Assembly: GCA_047495785.1 (NCBI GenBank)
Contig: JBLDXI010000009.1
Location: forward strand, 5,146,001-5,210,000
Source of the DNA: Lepidodermella squamata
Lineage: Eukaryota; Animalia; Gastrotricha
Direction: 5' to 3'
Length of the DNA: 64,000 nt
Shown here piece by piece: positions 36,337 through 47,100 of the stretch (its first letter is position 1; every line of letters begins with the position of its first letter). Under the pieces are notes generated by a model. That model was not told the origin of the DNA and searched no databases. It saw nothing but the letters and a program-made list of their open reading frames with translations. Position numbers and translations under genes: made by a program.

Positions 36337-39300
36337 AATTGGCGAGACCGCCGTCGCAGCAGCCGCGCCCGTTCAGTACGATCAGTACCTAATAATGGTG
36401 TAGTAGATCGTTCGCCTAATTCAAAATCTAATTAGTATTACTTATTATCGCCGCATATACAGTTATTGGCTTCCGCTTGAAGCTATTTCTCGTTGCACAT
36501 ATCTTACCTTAAAACTGCTACAGCTTATCTTATTTAATAACACGTACTGATCGCCTATAGTTTGTTTAAAGGCCATAGCTGCAGGAAATTGTCAAAAATG
36601 CTGAAACGACTTTGATGATCGGAGGCTACTTGACTTTTGCAATGTAAATATGCGCGTATAATAACAGGTTTTGGGTTATGGTTAACGTAAAACTGCATAA
36701 ATAAACGCTCGTCCCGAGGAAAATAGCCGCAACGGTGCCATATTCCGAAAAATGATCTTGAATCTCAAAGTTGAAACCGGTACAAGTATGACTAGTATGT
36801 TCTATCTCATCGCCTTATATACACCAAATGCCATCAGACCAGAATGGCATTCAGCCGTGAAAAATGTCTCACGCAAATGAAACAAATCCGGAGCAATCCG
36901 GCCGAGTCAGGTGAAATAACGGAAATTACTGAACCAGCAGTTATCATCGGTTTTTCCGAATCGGTGTCGGTAAATTTTACTTCATTTTCTACGGTAAAAT
37001 GCCAGTTATTAGACGGGAAATGTTATTCGTGGGATTCAGTTTGGGAAATTAGATTGATCGTAAAAAGGGCAGACAACCACAATACAGCAAACGCGACAAA
37101 ACAGCGAGAAATTATATGTAACAGATGCAATATGTTGTTGCTGTTTTGTCGCTTTTGAGCTTCTCTATACGTTCTTGCTGTTTCAGCGCCGTGCCGTCAA
37201 AAGTGGCAGATTCCAAAATGGGACCAAACTGTATGCGTAAAAATCCTTCTTTCAGGCTACAGTCACCTAGGCCCGGCGACTTCAATGTTGAAAATTTGGA
37301 AACCAATCGAATTTTCGATTGTTTCCCTATATTTTGTCCGCTACTTTTTCGTTTATTTTTATATTTTTTTGTGGACAGGTTTTTTTCGAATTGCTCTAGC
37401 GACCCTGCTGCACTAAGTATAATTATTTCGTTCTCGTTTACACCTTTTCGTGTGATTTTTTATCAGAATATCTTATAGCGGAACAAAATCGGCATTTTGC
37501 GGAACCTAATTTTAGGTATAAGCGAAAGGTCGCTTTTTGAATATTTCTATTAAATTGAGGCAATGCATGAATTCTATATAGTGAAGAATGCGTCTTTAAC
37601 AGAATTTTACGCTGAATTTACTGATGATTTAGGTATTTCAAGTTACGCTAATAAAGCATGACGATCTTGAAAGCTTCAAAAAGTGGCTTTAGGCTCATAA
37701 AAATTCCAAAATTTGGTTCCGCAAAAAGTAAGACCCATTTTTATTACATTTTTTATCATGACTGAAGGCTGTTCAGCTATATCCATTACACATCAGTCTT
37801 TGCTAAAATGTCACACGTTCCTGACGAATTTCCGCCCACCTGCCCCACGCTGGTTCCAGTTACGAATACCGTGTTCTACTGATATCACTTTGTTAGCGGT
37901 GAGTCGCCACGACCAGGCCCCGCGCAGTGACCTTTCATCTCCACCTGTCACGCCCGTCTTTTTCTATTACCCCCATGAATATTTAACGGTGCGATACAGC
38001 GCTGGATCCCAAAATAATGTAAACATATTTTTATGACATTTGTGACGCATGCTTTTTCTTCCTTATACATCTTATGAAATATCGCCTAAAAATGCACGGA
38101 TTTTATCTTAACCACGCCTATCTTTCCGCTCTACTGATTAGCAATCCGGCTATATAATAAAAAACGAGGATGAAGAATAAAAAAACAGTAATCAGAAACC
38201 GGTTTATGGACTTAACGTTTTTTTCCCCTATTATATATGTCTCGAGCCTTATCGTGCAAATTTTAAAGTGGTTTTTTCGACAGAAAAATCTAGAAAATTT
38301 CGCTAAAAAAATAAACCCGTCATTCAATATCGGCGGAAGTAATTGCCTCGTAGCGCGCGCGCAAAAAAAGCGGCGGTGGTTTTTTCCGCATTTGCCTATA
38401 TGCCGTAATATTGTGTTGTTATGTACAGAGTGAGTAAGGCGCCGGCAACGTGAACTGGCTCTATTGGACATATTGCCGGCGCGCGTAAAAAATAACATAC
38501 CATACATATATAGGCATTAATAATAATAATATTAGTGCATGAGTGCGCCTGGTTTTTTCTACGCCGTTCGCACTCTATATAGCGAGTACGAAGCGTGATG
38601 AACACGTGAGTCGAGATTATAATAATAATAATGCTGCTGCTGCTTCAGCGTGCATACAAAATGTATATAGTCTAATACAGAGAACGTTTTCTAGATTCTT
38701 CCATGCAACCTGTTGCATAACAAATTTTTTCTATATATGCGCGCGCGCAGAATTTGACAGTTTTTTCTTGTTCATTGTATCGCGATTTTTTTTATGAGGA
38801 GACATTTTTTGCAATTACACCGTTAACAAAATTTTGGCAGCCATTTATCTGATATACAAGATAACAGTATCAAAGTAAAGTCAATTTCACTCATATTATC
38901 ATCAGGGTGGTCACCAGGGTTTCAAAAAATGAATTCGATCAATATTTTGGACGTAAGCCAAAGCGCAGTAAATTTGATAGTTTTATCCAGGTTCCGCACT
39001 AGTTAAATGGCAATTTTTATTAAAAAATGGTCTCATTACTTGATCGTCTAATATTTTTAGAATTTTTGGTATATTTAGTACCTGACTTACCTGTTCATTA
39101 GCGTGAAATTTGATTTAATATCACGATGCAAAAATCATTCATTAAAAAATCAAAAATAGTAATAAAAAAATACGCTAAACAATTAAGCGCACTAATTTTT
39201 TTATCGAGGGAGCAAAAATTAGCGAGACCGTCACGATTTCTCAGGGCGTTACGTCATAACGTCGCTCAATAATCGCCGGTCAAGTTACATCATATCATAA

Positions 39301-39468
39301 CAAGATTATTATCAGTTTCATTCACAAAAACGTGCCTTAAATACGATCCTTCTTTCTCCCCATTTCGAGTCGAATTTTGTAGCTTGATATTTTTCAATTT
39401 TTCTGTTACATTTCCCTGCCCTATTTTTATATAGCTTCTTTTTACTGTGATAACATAATTAATAATCA

Positions 39469-42321
39469 ATGAACCGAGACCGGAACATGAAAGTCAGTCA
39501 ATCGATGCGCAATTTCTCCATGGAGAAATTCGATAAATTCGAGAATAAGCAGACATCGAATGAATCATCGCCGACGCCATCAGCCCGCGGCTACCTGCGC
39601 CGGTCGATGAGCCAGGGCGGCTACAAGGACGACTCGGATGACAAGCGATCCGCGTCCTCGCTCAGTGGCGACTCAGGCTTCGACGACGCGTCGCAAAAAT
39701 CGTCACCGCAGAAAGAAGCAGTCACCGATGTGGAAAATCAGCCGGTGAAAAACGCGCACAAGCCGGGTGTTGAACGTCGGTACTACCGAAGCTTGGTGTG
39801 GGGCAGCATCTACGGGTTCATAAAATGCGGCCAGGCTTTGGCGAGGCTGGGCGTTAAGAACGCGCACCTCGCTGCTATGCGAAGCGTGACGAAGATAAGC
39901 GCGGCGGTTTCGCGCGCCGAGCAGCAAGCCGCTGAGGAGACGCATTTTTTCAAAACCCAAATCGCCGGCGTGAAGTGCCGATTTTATCGGCCCAAGTCGC
40001 AGAAGCCCGGCTCGCGGCTGCCCGTTGTTATCTACATCCACGGCGGCGGCTGGGTGATGTGTTCGACGCGAACCTATCACGCTTTCACGCTTGAGTTGTG
40101 CCGTGACCTAGGCGCTATTGTTGTGTCGATTGATTACAGACTCGCGCCGGAATGTCCATATCCTGGGCCACTCGATGACTGCTTAGCCGTGACAAAGGCG
40201 ATTCTTAACGGTGATACTAATCCCAAGGCGCTTGGGTCAAAAATCGCTGATTACATTGACTGCAGCCGCATTCTAATTGCTGGAGATTCAGGTAAAATAA
40301 ATTCAACAATTCATGAAAAAATTCGGAAAATACCCGAAAATTATCTGAATACATCCGACAAATCGTTAAAAAATTTTAGAAAATTTAAAATCGTTTAAAA
40401 AAATTTTAAAATTTGAATTTGAAATTTTAAAATTTTAAAATGTCTCAAATTTCAGAGAACATTCCTAAAATTTTCGAAATAATTTGTTGTTAAAATGAAA
40501 AAACCAAATGTTGAATTTTCATAATTTTTCTAAATTTTTTAAATTCTTCTAAATTTCAAAATTTTCAGTTTTCCTCTTAAAACTCTATTTTTCTTTGTTA
40601 CCTATGATTTTTCTTCTAATTATAGCTGGTGGAAATATGGCGTGTAGCGTAGCGTTGGAACTGACACGCATGGCTGCACAAGATCGACCTTCAAACAGCC
40701 TCGCCGGGGTCGCGCTAATTTGCCCCGTCCTTCAAGCGATCTCAACCCGCTTCGAATCCCACCAGAAGTACGGCGCCAACGCAAGCGCGTCGTGCGGCTG
40801 GTTTCTATCCATGTACAGCGGCATCGCCGACCCGCCGGCCGAGTTGACACGCGCCGTGAAAACGGGTCGCCACGTGTCACCGCGCGTACTGCACGCCTTC
40901 AATCAGCACTACATCGACAAATGGGACACGCTCGGCGATAAGGCCGATCTGTCGCTGCACATTCCGCAAGACGAGGCCGACGTCGAGGTGCCGGGCATTC
41001 CGCAACAAGTCACACGCCTGTCCGTCGACCGTCGCGCTTGGCCGCTTCTCGCCACTGATGAAGAACTCGCTCAGGTAAATAGCAAAATAATTACTTGAAA
41101 GTTGAAACCGCTCATCAGCGTAGAAATGGTGAAAAGGGAAATGGGACATAGTTCTGAAAAAATCCGAAAATGAACTCTACAGAGGTTTCAGCATTTAAGG
41201 AATCGGAGGTTCCATTTAAGATTCAAATTAGGGTTCCAGCGCTTAATTTGCAAAAACCTGGTAATATTTCTGAAAAATTCGAAATGGAACCTTTAACCAA
41301 CTTTACAAAGGTTTCAGATTTAGGGAATATTATTCAAAAAATCCGAATATGATCTTTTAACCAACTTTTTTAAAAGGTTCCAGCATTCAGAGAAGTGATG
41401 CTTCCAGTTAGAGTTTAAATGTAGGGATCCAGCGCTCAGTTCTCCTCAAATTCGAAATAATTATGAAAAATCCGGGATTGAACTTTCAACCAACTTTGCT
41501 AAGGTTCCGGCATTTAGGGAATTGATGGTTCCGTTTAGGGTTCCAGCGCTCAGTTCCCCAAAATTTAATATTAATAAAAAACTCGAAAATGAACTTTTAG
41601 GTAACTTTGAAAAGGTTCCAGCTTTCAGATAAGTTAAGGTTCCATTAAGGTTACAAATTTGAAAATCCGAACTCAGTCCCCGAAAATTCTAAATAATTCT
41701 GTAAATATCCAAAATTAAGGTTCCAAACAACTTCAATGAAGCCTCAATTTTATGGATGAATATGTACCGAATTGTAAATTTGAATTAAATTAGAATTTTT
41801 GGTTTTTCAGAAAATTAAATTTCTTGGATTTTTGGCTTTCTTCTAAAGATTCTTTCAACTAGTTTAGAATGACCTTTTGATGCAAATAAAGGGCAAAAAG
41901 CGTATTTTCATGCGGCGAGAAAAATTTCTATAATTTTGCAAACAAAGAAATGATTTCTCTGAAGAAAAGTGCAACAAGGTGGTTTTAAACTGGAATTACC
42001 GCGTTTCCTTTTTCCAATCAGTTGATTTTTTATTTAATATTTTTCTAGCTTCCATCGTTGATGATTCAAACGTGCTCGCACGATGCGTTGAACGACGAAG
42101 GCGGCGTGTTTGCGGAACGGCTGCGGCGGCTGGGCCACCGCGTGGCGCGGCAGCACCTGGTGCGCGCCGAGCACTGCGAGTCCATTTTCCACCGCACGTT
42201 CCCGACGCGGGCGGCTCGCAGTGGCTACCTGCGCTTCTGCGACTACATCCGCGGCATTCTGTTCGAAAGCAGTGACATCCGATCGGAGCAGCGGCAAGAA
42301 CAACCGAGCCGTTATATATAA
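39469..42321 (+). CDS. AADAC-like hydrolase, copy 6 (intact triad; closest to copy 5)
   Basis: Exons 39469-40291, 40626-41074 and 42049-42321. Motifs: HGGGWV, DYRLAPECPYP, GDS|AGG (same intron as copy 5), RAWPLLATD, CSHDAL and AEHCE. Confidence 0.92.
41155..41735. repeat. Degenerate tandem repeat (unit roughly 115-130 bp, about 4-5 copies) in the last intron of hydrolase copy 6
   Basis: A block of the form aaaatccgaa..tgaac...aaccaacttt...aaggttccagcatttag...ggttccagcgctcagtt recurs at regular spacing. Confidence 0.65.
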
Positions 42322-42657
42322 AAAATAATTATACGATTTATATCACACATATCATCTCGATATAAAAAATGATAACGAAATAATCATCTTTGTTGTTATT
42401 TTAAACTCACATCTTATTCGTTCGACTGATTCTACTCTCTTAAAAAAGAGAAATTCACAATTCATAAAATGCTTGGAAAAAAACGTGTAATATAACTTGC
42501 CTATTTTTTTCGTCAGGTCGAGACATTATTGGCAATAAAAATTCAAATTTAAGAATCAAGTGTTTTTTATATTTTAAGCTTGTAATAGATCATCTAACCA
42601 GTTTTCTCAGGTGAGAGAGGATTAAAAATAAAATGAAAAATAAAAAAAAATTTGAAA

Positions 42658-42743
42658 TCCCGCGAGGCGGACTTGAACCACCGACCTAAGGATAACTGCG
42701 TTACATCTACAGTCCTCCGCTCTACCAGCTGAGCTATCGCGGG
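42658..42743 (-). tRNA. tRNA-Tyr (GUA) with a 13-nt canonical intron (42694-42706)
   Basis: Minus strand reads CCCGCGATAGCTCAGCTGGTAGAGCGGAGGACTGTAG[atgtaacgcagtt]ATCCTTAGGTCGGTGGTTCAAGTCCGCCTCGCGGGA. The 7-bp acceptor stem is perfect, A and B boxes are present and a T-run Pol III terminator follows. Confidence 0.97.
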
Positions 42744-43106
42744 ATAACATTTCGAAGGCAGGCAATGCCTTTCTCATCAGACAACCACCAGAAATGTGGC
42801 TTGAATGAACATGAAAATATAGTTTGTTTGAATCGATCCGCAGTTCTAATTGATTCCAAATTCAGGGAGTTTAACCGGTGAATCTACTAGCTTGCAGATT
42901 TCAAAATGACATTAAAACCGAATCCATTATGTGACTTTGAACGATTATTTACTCTAGCTCTAGGAACACTTTCCAACCAAATAGCCATCTGCCGATTCAA
43001 CATCGACTCCGGAATCGCATAATATCCACGGTCAGCAAGCCCTTCTTGAAATTCCCGAATTTTCTAAAATTTCGTCGAACTTTGTTTGAAGTAGAATCTA
43101 TCGTTA

Positions 43107-43286
43107 CAGGGTGGCCAAAAAATTCCGCAGAGCGGAAATTCGCTGCGCATCAATTTAATGAGGATTTTCAAGAAATTGAGGAGTTCCATTGGCAAAAGAA
43201 TGCTTGAAATTCTTCAACTTCCTAAAACTCCTCATTAAATTGATGCGCAGCGAATTCCCGCTCTGCGGAATTTTTTGGCCAACCGG
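43107..43286. mobile_element. Palindromic ~180-bp Tc1/mariner-type MITE, family copy 1
   Basis: TA|CAGGGTGGCCAAAAAATTCCGCAGAGCG... and ...CGCTCTGCGGAATTTTTTGGCCAACCGG|TA form inverted arms of about 60 bp. A near-identical copy lies at 56308-56487. Confidence 0.85.
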
Positions 43287-43794
43287 TAGATTTGCCAAGT
43301 CCCATTTTAGGTTTCTGGAAAGAATGAATGAGCCAAGTCAATGAATAGTAATTTATTGTTAAAACAATGATCCGACTGATACTAAGTAACAGTTTGCCTA
43401 TAGACACAGGTATTTACTAATTCTTTCTGTACAAATGGTTATTTATGATTTTGCGTGAGTCTTTTATCGCTGAAATGACGATGTCGCACATCAGTGACTG
43501 CGGTAGTTCGAAACGTTTTGCGAAGTCGCGGAAGAACTTGGTGATGGTACCACAAATTGTAAAATAGTTTATTTTTGAATTATCTTCAAATCTGAAGTCA
43601 AAAATTTGAAAATATCTGAAAATCAAAATTAAAGTAGTTTACCAGACAATATTTTTTTCAAACGCTTTTAGACGAGAAAATGAAATATCATAACTCCATT
43701 GAAAAATGCGGAATTTTAACCTGAATCTCAAATTTTATTTAGAAATTTAGACAAACATTCGAGAGAGCAAACCGCCGAGTCCGTGCCCGTGAAA

Positions 43795-43892
43795 TAACGC
43801 GCGCATTTTTACGTGATAAAAACAATTGTTGACAATAATCGGTTTAATCACACGCGATCCTGTTCATCACGTGCGTTGCGCCGGACTGTTTT
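43795..43892 (+). promoter_or_regulatory. Conserved upstream block shared by both pseudo-astacin genes (copy A)
   Basis: The motif order cgcgc...tttacgtgat...ttgacaat...aatcacacgcg...tgcgccg.actgtt recurs at about 52500-52610, upstream of copy B. Confidence 0.6.
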
Positions 43893-43955
43893 TTCGATAT
43901 TATGACAAACTTTATTTAATGCGGTTTTACTTATTTTATTTTATTTTCAATTTTC

Positions 43956-44074
43956 CCAGTTATTCGGAAATAGTTTTTTGCTTAAAAGCAAATTAATATT
44001 TGAAAATTTTCATAATTTTTCAAATATTTTTAAATTCTTCAAAGCAAAGCAAATAAATATTTCCGAATAACTGG
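43956..44074. mobile_element. Short foldback element/MITE just upstream of the pseudo-astacin A start codon
   Basis: A 17-bp perfect inverted repeat, CCAGTTATTCGGAAATA / TATTTCCGAATAACTGG, encloses an AT-rich, partly palindromic core. Confidence 0.55.
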
Positions 44075-44149
44075 TCCTATAAATATTGAATGAAAAACGC
44101 CCGATGCAATAATATGTTACTTGTTTTGTTAGTGTGTTACTTTAAATAA

Positions 44150-47100
44150 ATGATACGATTGATTGGCTTCGCTGCCGTAGCGTTCGTAGCATCCTTTGCG
44201 CTCGCTCAAGAGGTTCGAACTGCTGATGAAATTATTCAATGCTATTCAATAAATAAAAACTACAGGTACCGGCTCTTGGTGGCCCAGGATTAAGGCGAAT
44301 TCTCAGCAAGATGGATTCAAAAGTCAAGGCAGATGCGGGTAAAACAATGGTAAGCTTGACAGTATTATCATTCGCCTCATGCTCGCCTAGCCGTGTGACG
44401 AAAAGCAGCAAATCTAATAGCGCATCATTTTATTTCTCGACGCTCAAATTATTTTAATAACGGAAAACGGTGTTTTCATGGGTCGAAGAGTTCTACGCCT
44501 ATGACTACTTATGATTATTTTTTGAAATCATTTTTTTCTGATAAATTTTTCGGCACTCTTGTTGAACTCTTTTGAACCATAAAATTTCGAAAGAGTTCGC
44601 TCGTTTTGTTCGTAGATTTTCTAATTTTTAAGTATTCCTACATGCGCATGGCAAAATTCAGCCATTGGGAAATTGCATAGAGAACAGACTTACCAGAGAT
44701 GAAACTCCTATTGGGAACTTGAAGTTTTAATTTCTTTGCCAATTTTCGTAAATTTTCATAATGGCGGATATTTTTGAAACTCGCGCATACATGTTTACAT
44801 GTAATACAGGGTGGTTCTCCTCGCGCTATACCCACTATCCCTCAACATGGAGTTTCGATTTTTTTTTTATTTTAATCGATGGGGATCGGTTTCAACTTCA
44901 AGAAATCAGCTGGGAAATGAACGGTTTTGAGGCCATAGCGTTTTTCCCGAAGGTCACTTTTTGGGGGTTTAAAAATGGGTATTTTCCGCTTGACCCCACG
45001 GCAATATCTTTGATCGGACTATCGCTTTCTTTCGTGGAAATGATAGGACTGAGTCCATATTACCACCGTGTGAAACGATTTGCCTATACAAAAGCCACCG
45101 TTCAAAAACTATTCATGGGTTTCGGATGCATTTTTTTGGTTTACATGCTTTATTCCTAAACCACCCTGCCGTCATTCCGGATAAACCGTGCTCACGATTT
45201 GTATTAAAAAAATGTGAGGAAATTTCTTAGGCTGCTTTGAAATAATTTAAAAAAAACTTAAAAAAAACAATTTCAGCCTCTGCACTTAGCGATATTCGAT
45301 ATTCAATAACAGAATCCCGAAAAAATACTTCCGAAACTCATGAATAGTTTTTGAACGGTGGCCGAAATTACCCTGTCCAAAAAGGGACTTCGTTACAGTA
45401 CCTAACGCGATGTGTGATAGTTGGCACATGAGTTGAATCAGTGTTCTATTGCGCCAATCTGAAAACAAAAATTCTACTGTTGGCAACCGAAATTGCTAAG
45501 GGGAAAACGGATAAATGACCAGCGTCTCATAGGCTTGGTGATGAGCTAGGAGCCGTTTTTGGGACTGTCACCAAACTGCACTAAAGTGTCATCAAAATCG
45601 ATTTTGCTCGAAGTATCAACTACTATGACCCAACTGAATGCATTTCTGGATAGATCTCATCACGCTGATTAACTTTTTCTATGAGAGCGGCTTCCTAGCT
45701 ATCACCGTTCTTGAGATAATCGTCCAGGTGTGACAAAAGGTAAAGTCACGTGACAACTTGACACTGGAATATCTCAATAACGGTAGATGATAAAAATATG
45801 CGGTTTTCAGATTCTTACTCCCCGAATTTTTCTCGGTTGTAGAGCCCACTCGGAGACTCGTAGTTAGGGGTGTCCGCGGTGTCCGCATTTTAAAGAGCCT
45901 AAAATATCCATATGGACAGTGCATAGAGAACGTAGTGATAGCTAGAATAGCTAGAAAACTGGCCGTATTAGTGCGCGTCCGCATTAAGGGGCTGTCCGCC
46001 TTAACGAGCGCGATGTCCGCATAAACTTTGTCCGTCGCCCTAAAATTGTCCGGACTAGCCCGCTGTTTGCTGGGATTCGGATTATACATTACATTACATC
46101 TTCTTCATTTCGTTTAGAGCAAAAAGACAGAAAAGAAACCTGTACACATAACGAAATAAAATTCACTCCGGTGTACCCAGTATGGCTGAAGGATGATGGT
46201 GTTCCTCCAACCATACTGAGTGTCGGAGGAGGGATTATACAGCTTCTACTTTACTTGTCGCCTATCACCTTGAAATGGAAGTAAACAGGCCTAAATCCGA
46301 GTTATTCAACGTCGCTATCGATATATTAGTGGGAATTTCCTAGAAATTGCTCGTTTCGCTTAAATCCGTAAAAATTAAATGTAACTTAGAATGAATTTTA
46401 AATTATACTAAACCAGTAGTCTGGTTTGGTTCAGCTCTCAGGGGGCAAATCGACCCATCCACTTGTACGATCCCTAAACAATTTTAGGGCCCCCTTGAAT
46501 AATTTGGAGACTGCTCAGGGCTGTGAAAATCGGACACTGGTCCCCGGTAGTACATGAGTTTATTCTGTGATGAAAGTTTAGTGATCTGTTTTAATTTCAG
46601 ATGTCTGAGAATGGCGGAGATGCTGAGATGGAACCAATAGTTTCAGCTGCCGCTACCAACGCGTGGCCTCTTCCATTGGTTTTCTATATCGTCAACGGCA
46701 GTTAGTTGAATGATCGGCTTTATTTTATCGTATCTTATTGCCGTCAATCTTTTCCAGGTAAAACCTTTATCGAGGATTACAATGCAGCACTAGAGTTTTA
46801 CAAGCAAGAGACGTGTTTCGACTACGAGATTTCCGATGTCGTCACTGCCACGTCAATAGATGTTATTCAGGACAGCACGTATGTTTTTTATGTGTTTTAT
46901 TCCTAAATGATGCTTCGAAAGGGTTCAAATATTTGCACCACTAAAAATGAGGTTCCATCACTAAATTAGCGCCCTGGTGCTAGTACTGGTACTTCTCTCA
47001 TTATTCTTTTCTGTGCTTTTGACTGAAACTGACGCCCTTCCTGAATCGAGAATAAAATAATTACCGCGCAAATTTTATATCTTTATTTTTTATTTTATTT

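Noticed and set aside
15266-42321. Bacterial origin (HGT or contamination) of the HSL-type esterases
   Set aside because: They have spliceosomal introns, AADAC-like motifs ([13 protein letters not shown]) and metazoan neighbours. Nothing in the sequence supports a prokaryotic source.
45860-46060. Clustered TGTCCG motifs; similar partial MITE-like ends at about 51404-51540 and 57215-57363
   Set aside because: Probably truncated Tc1/pogo-type MITE fragments, but no matching second end or TSD could be defined.
46098-46280. Possible extra prodomain exon of pseudo-astacin A
   Set aside because: The AG...GT combinations I tried hit stops in the required phase, so it was left out of the model.
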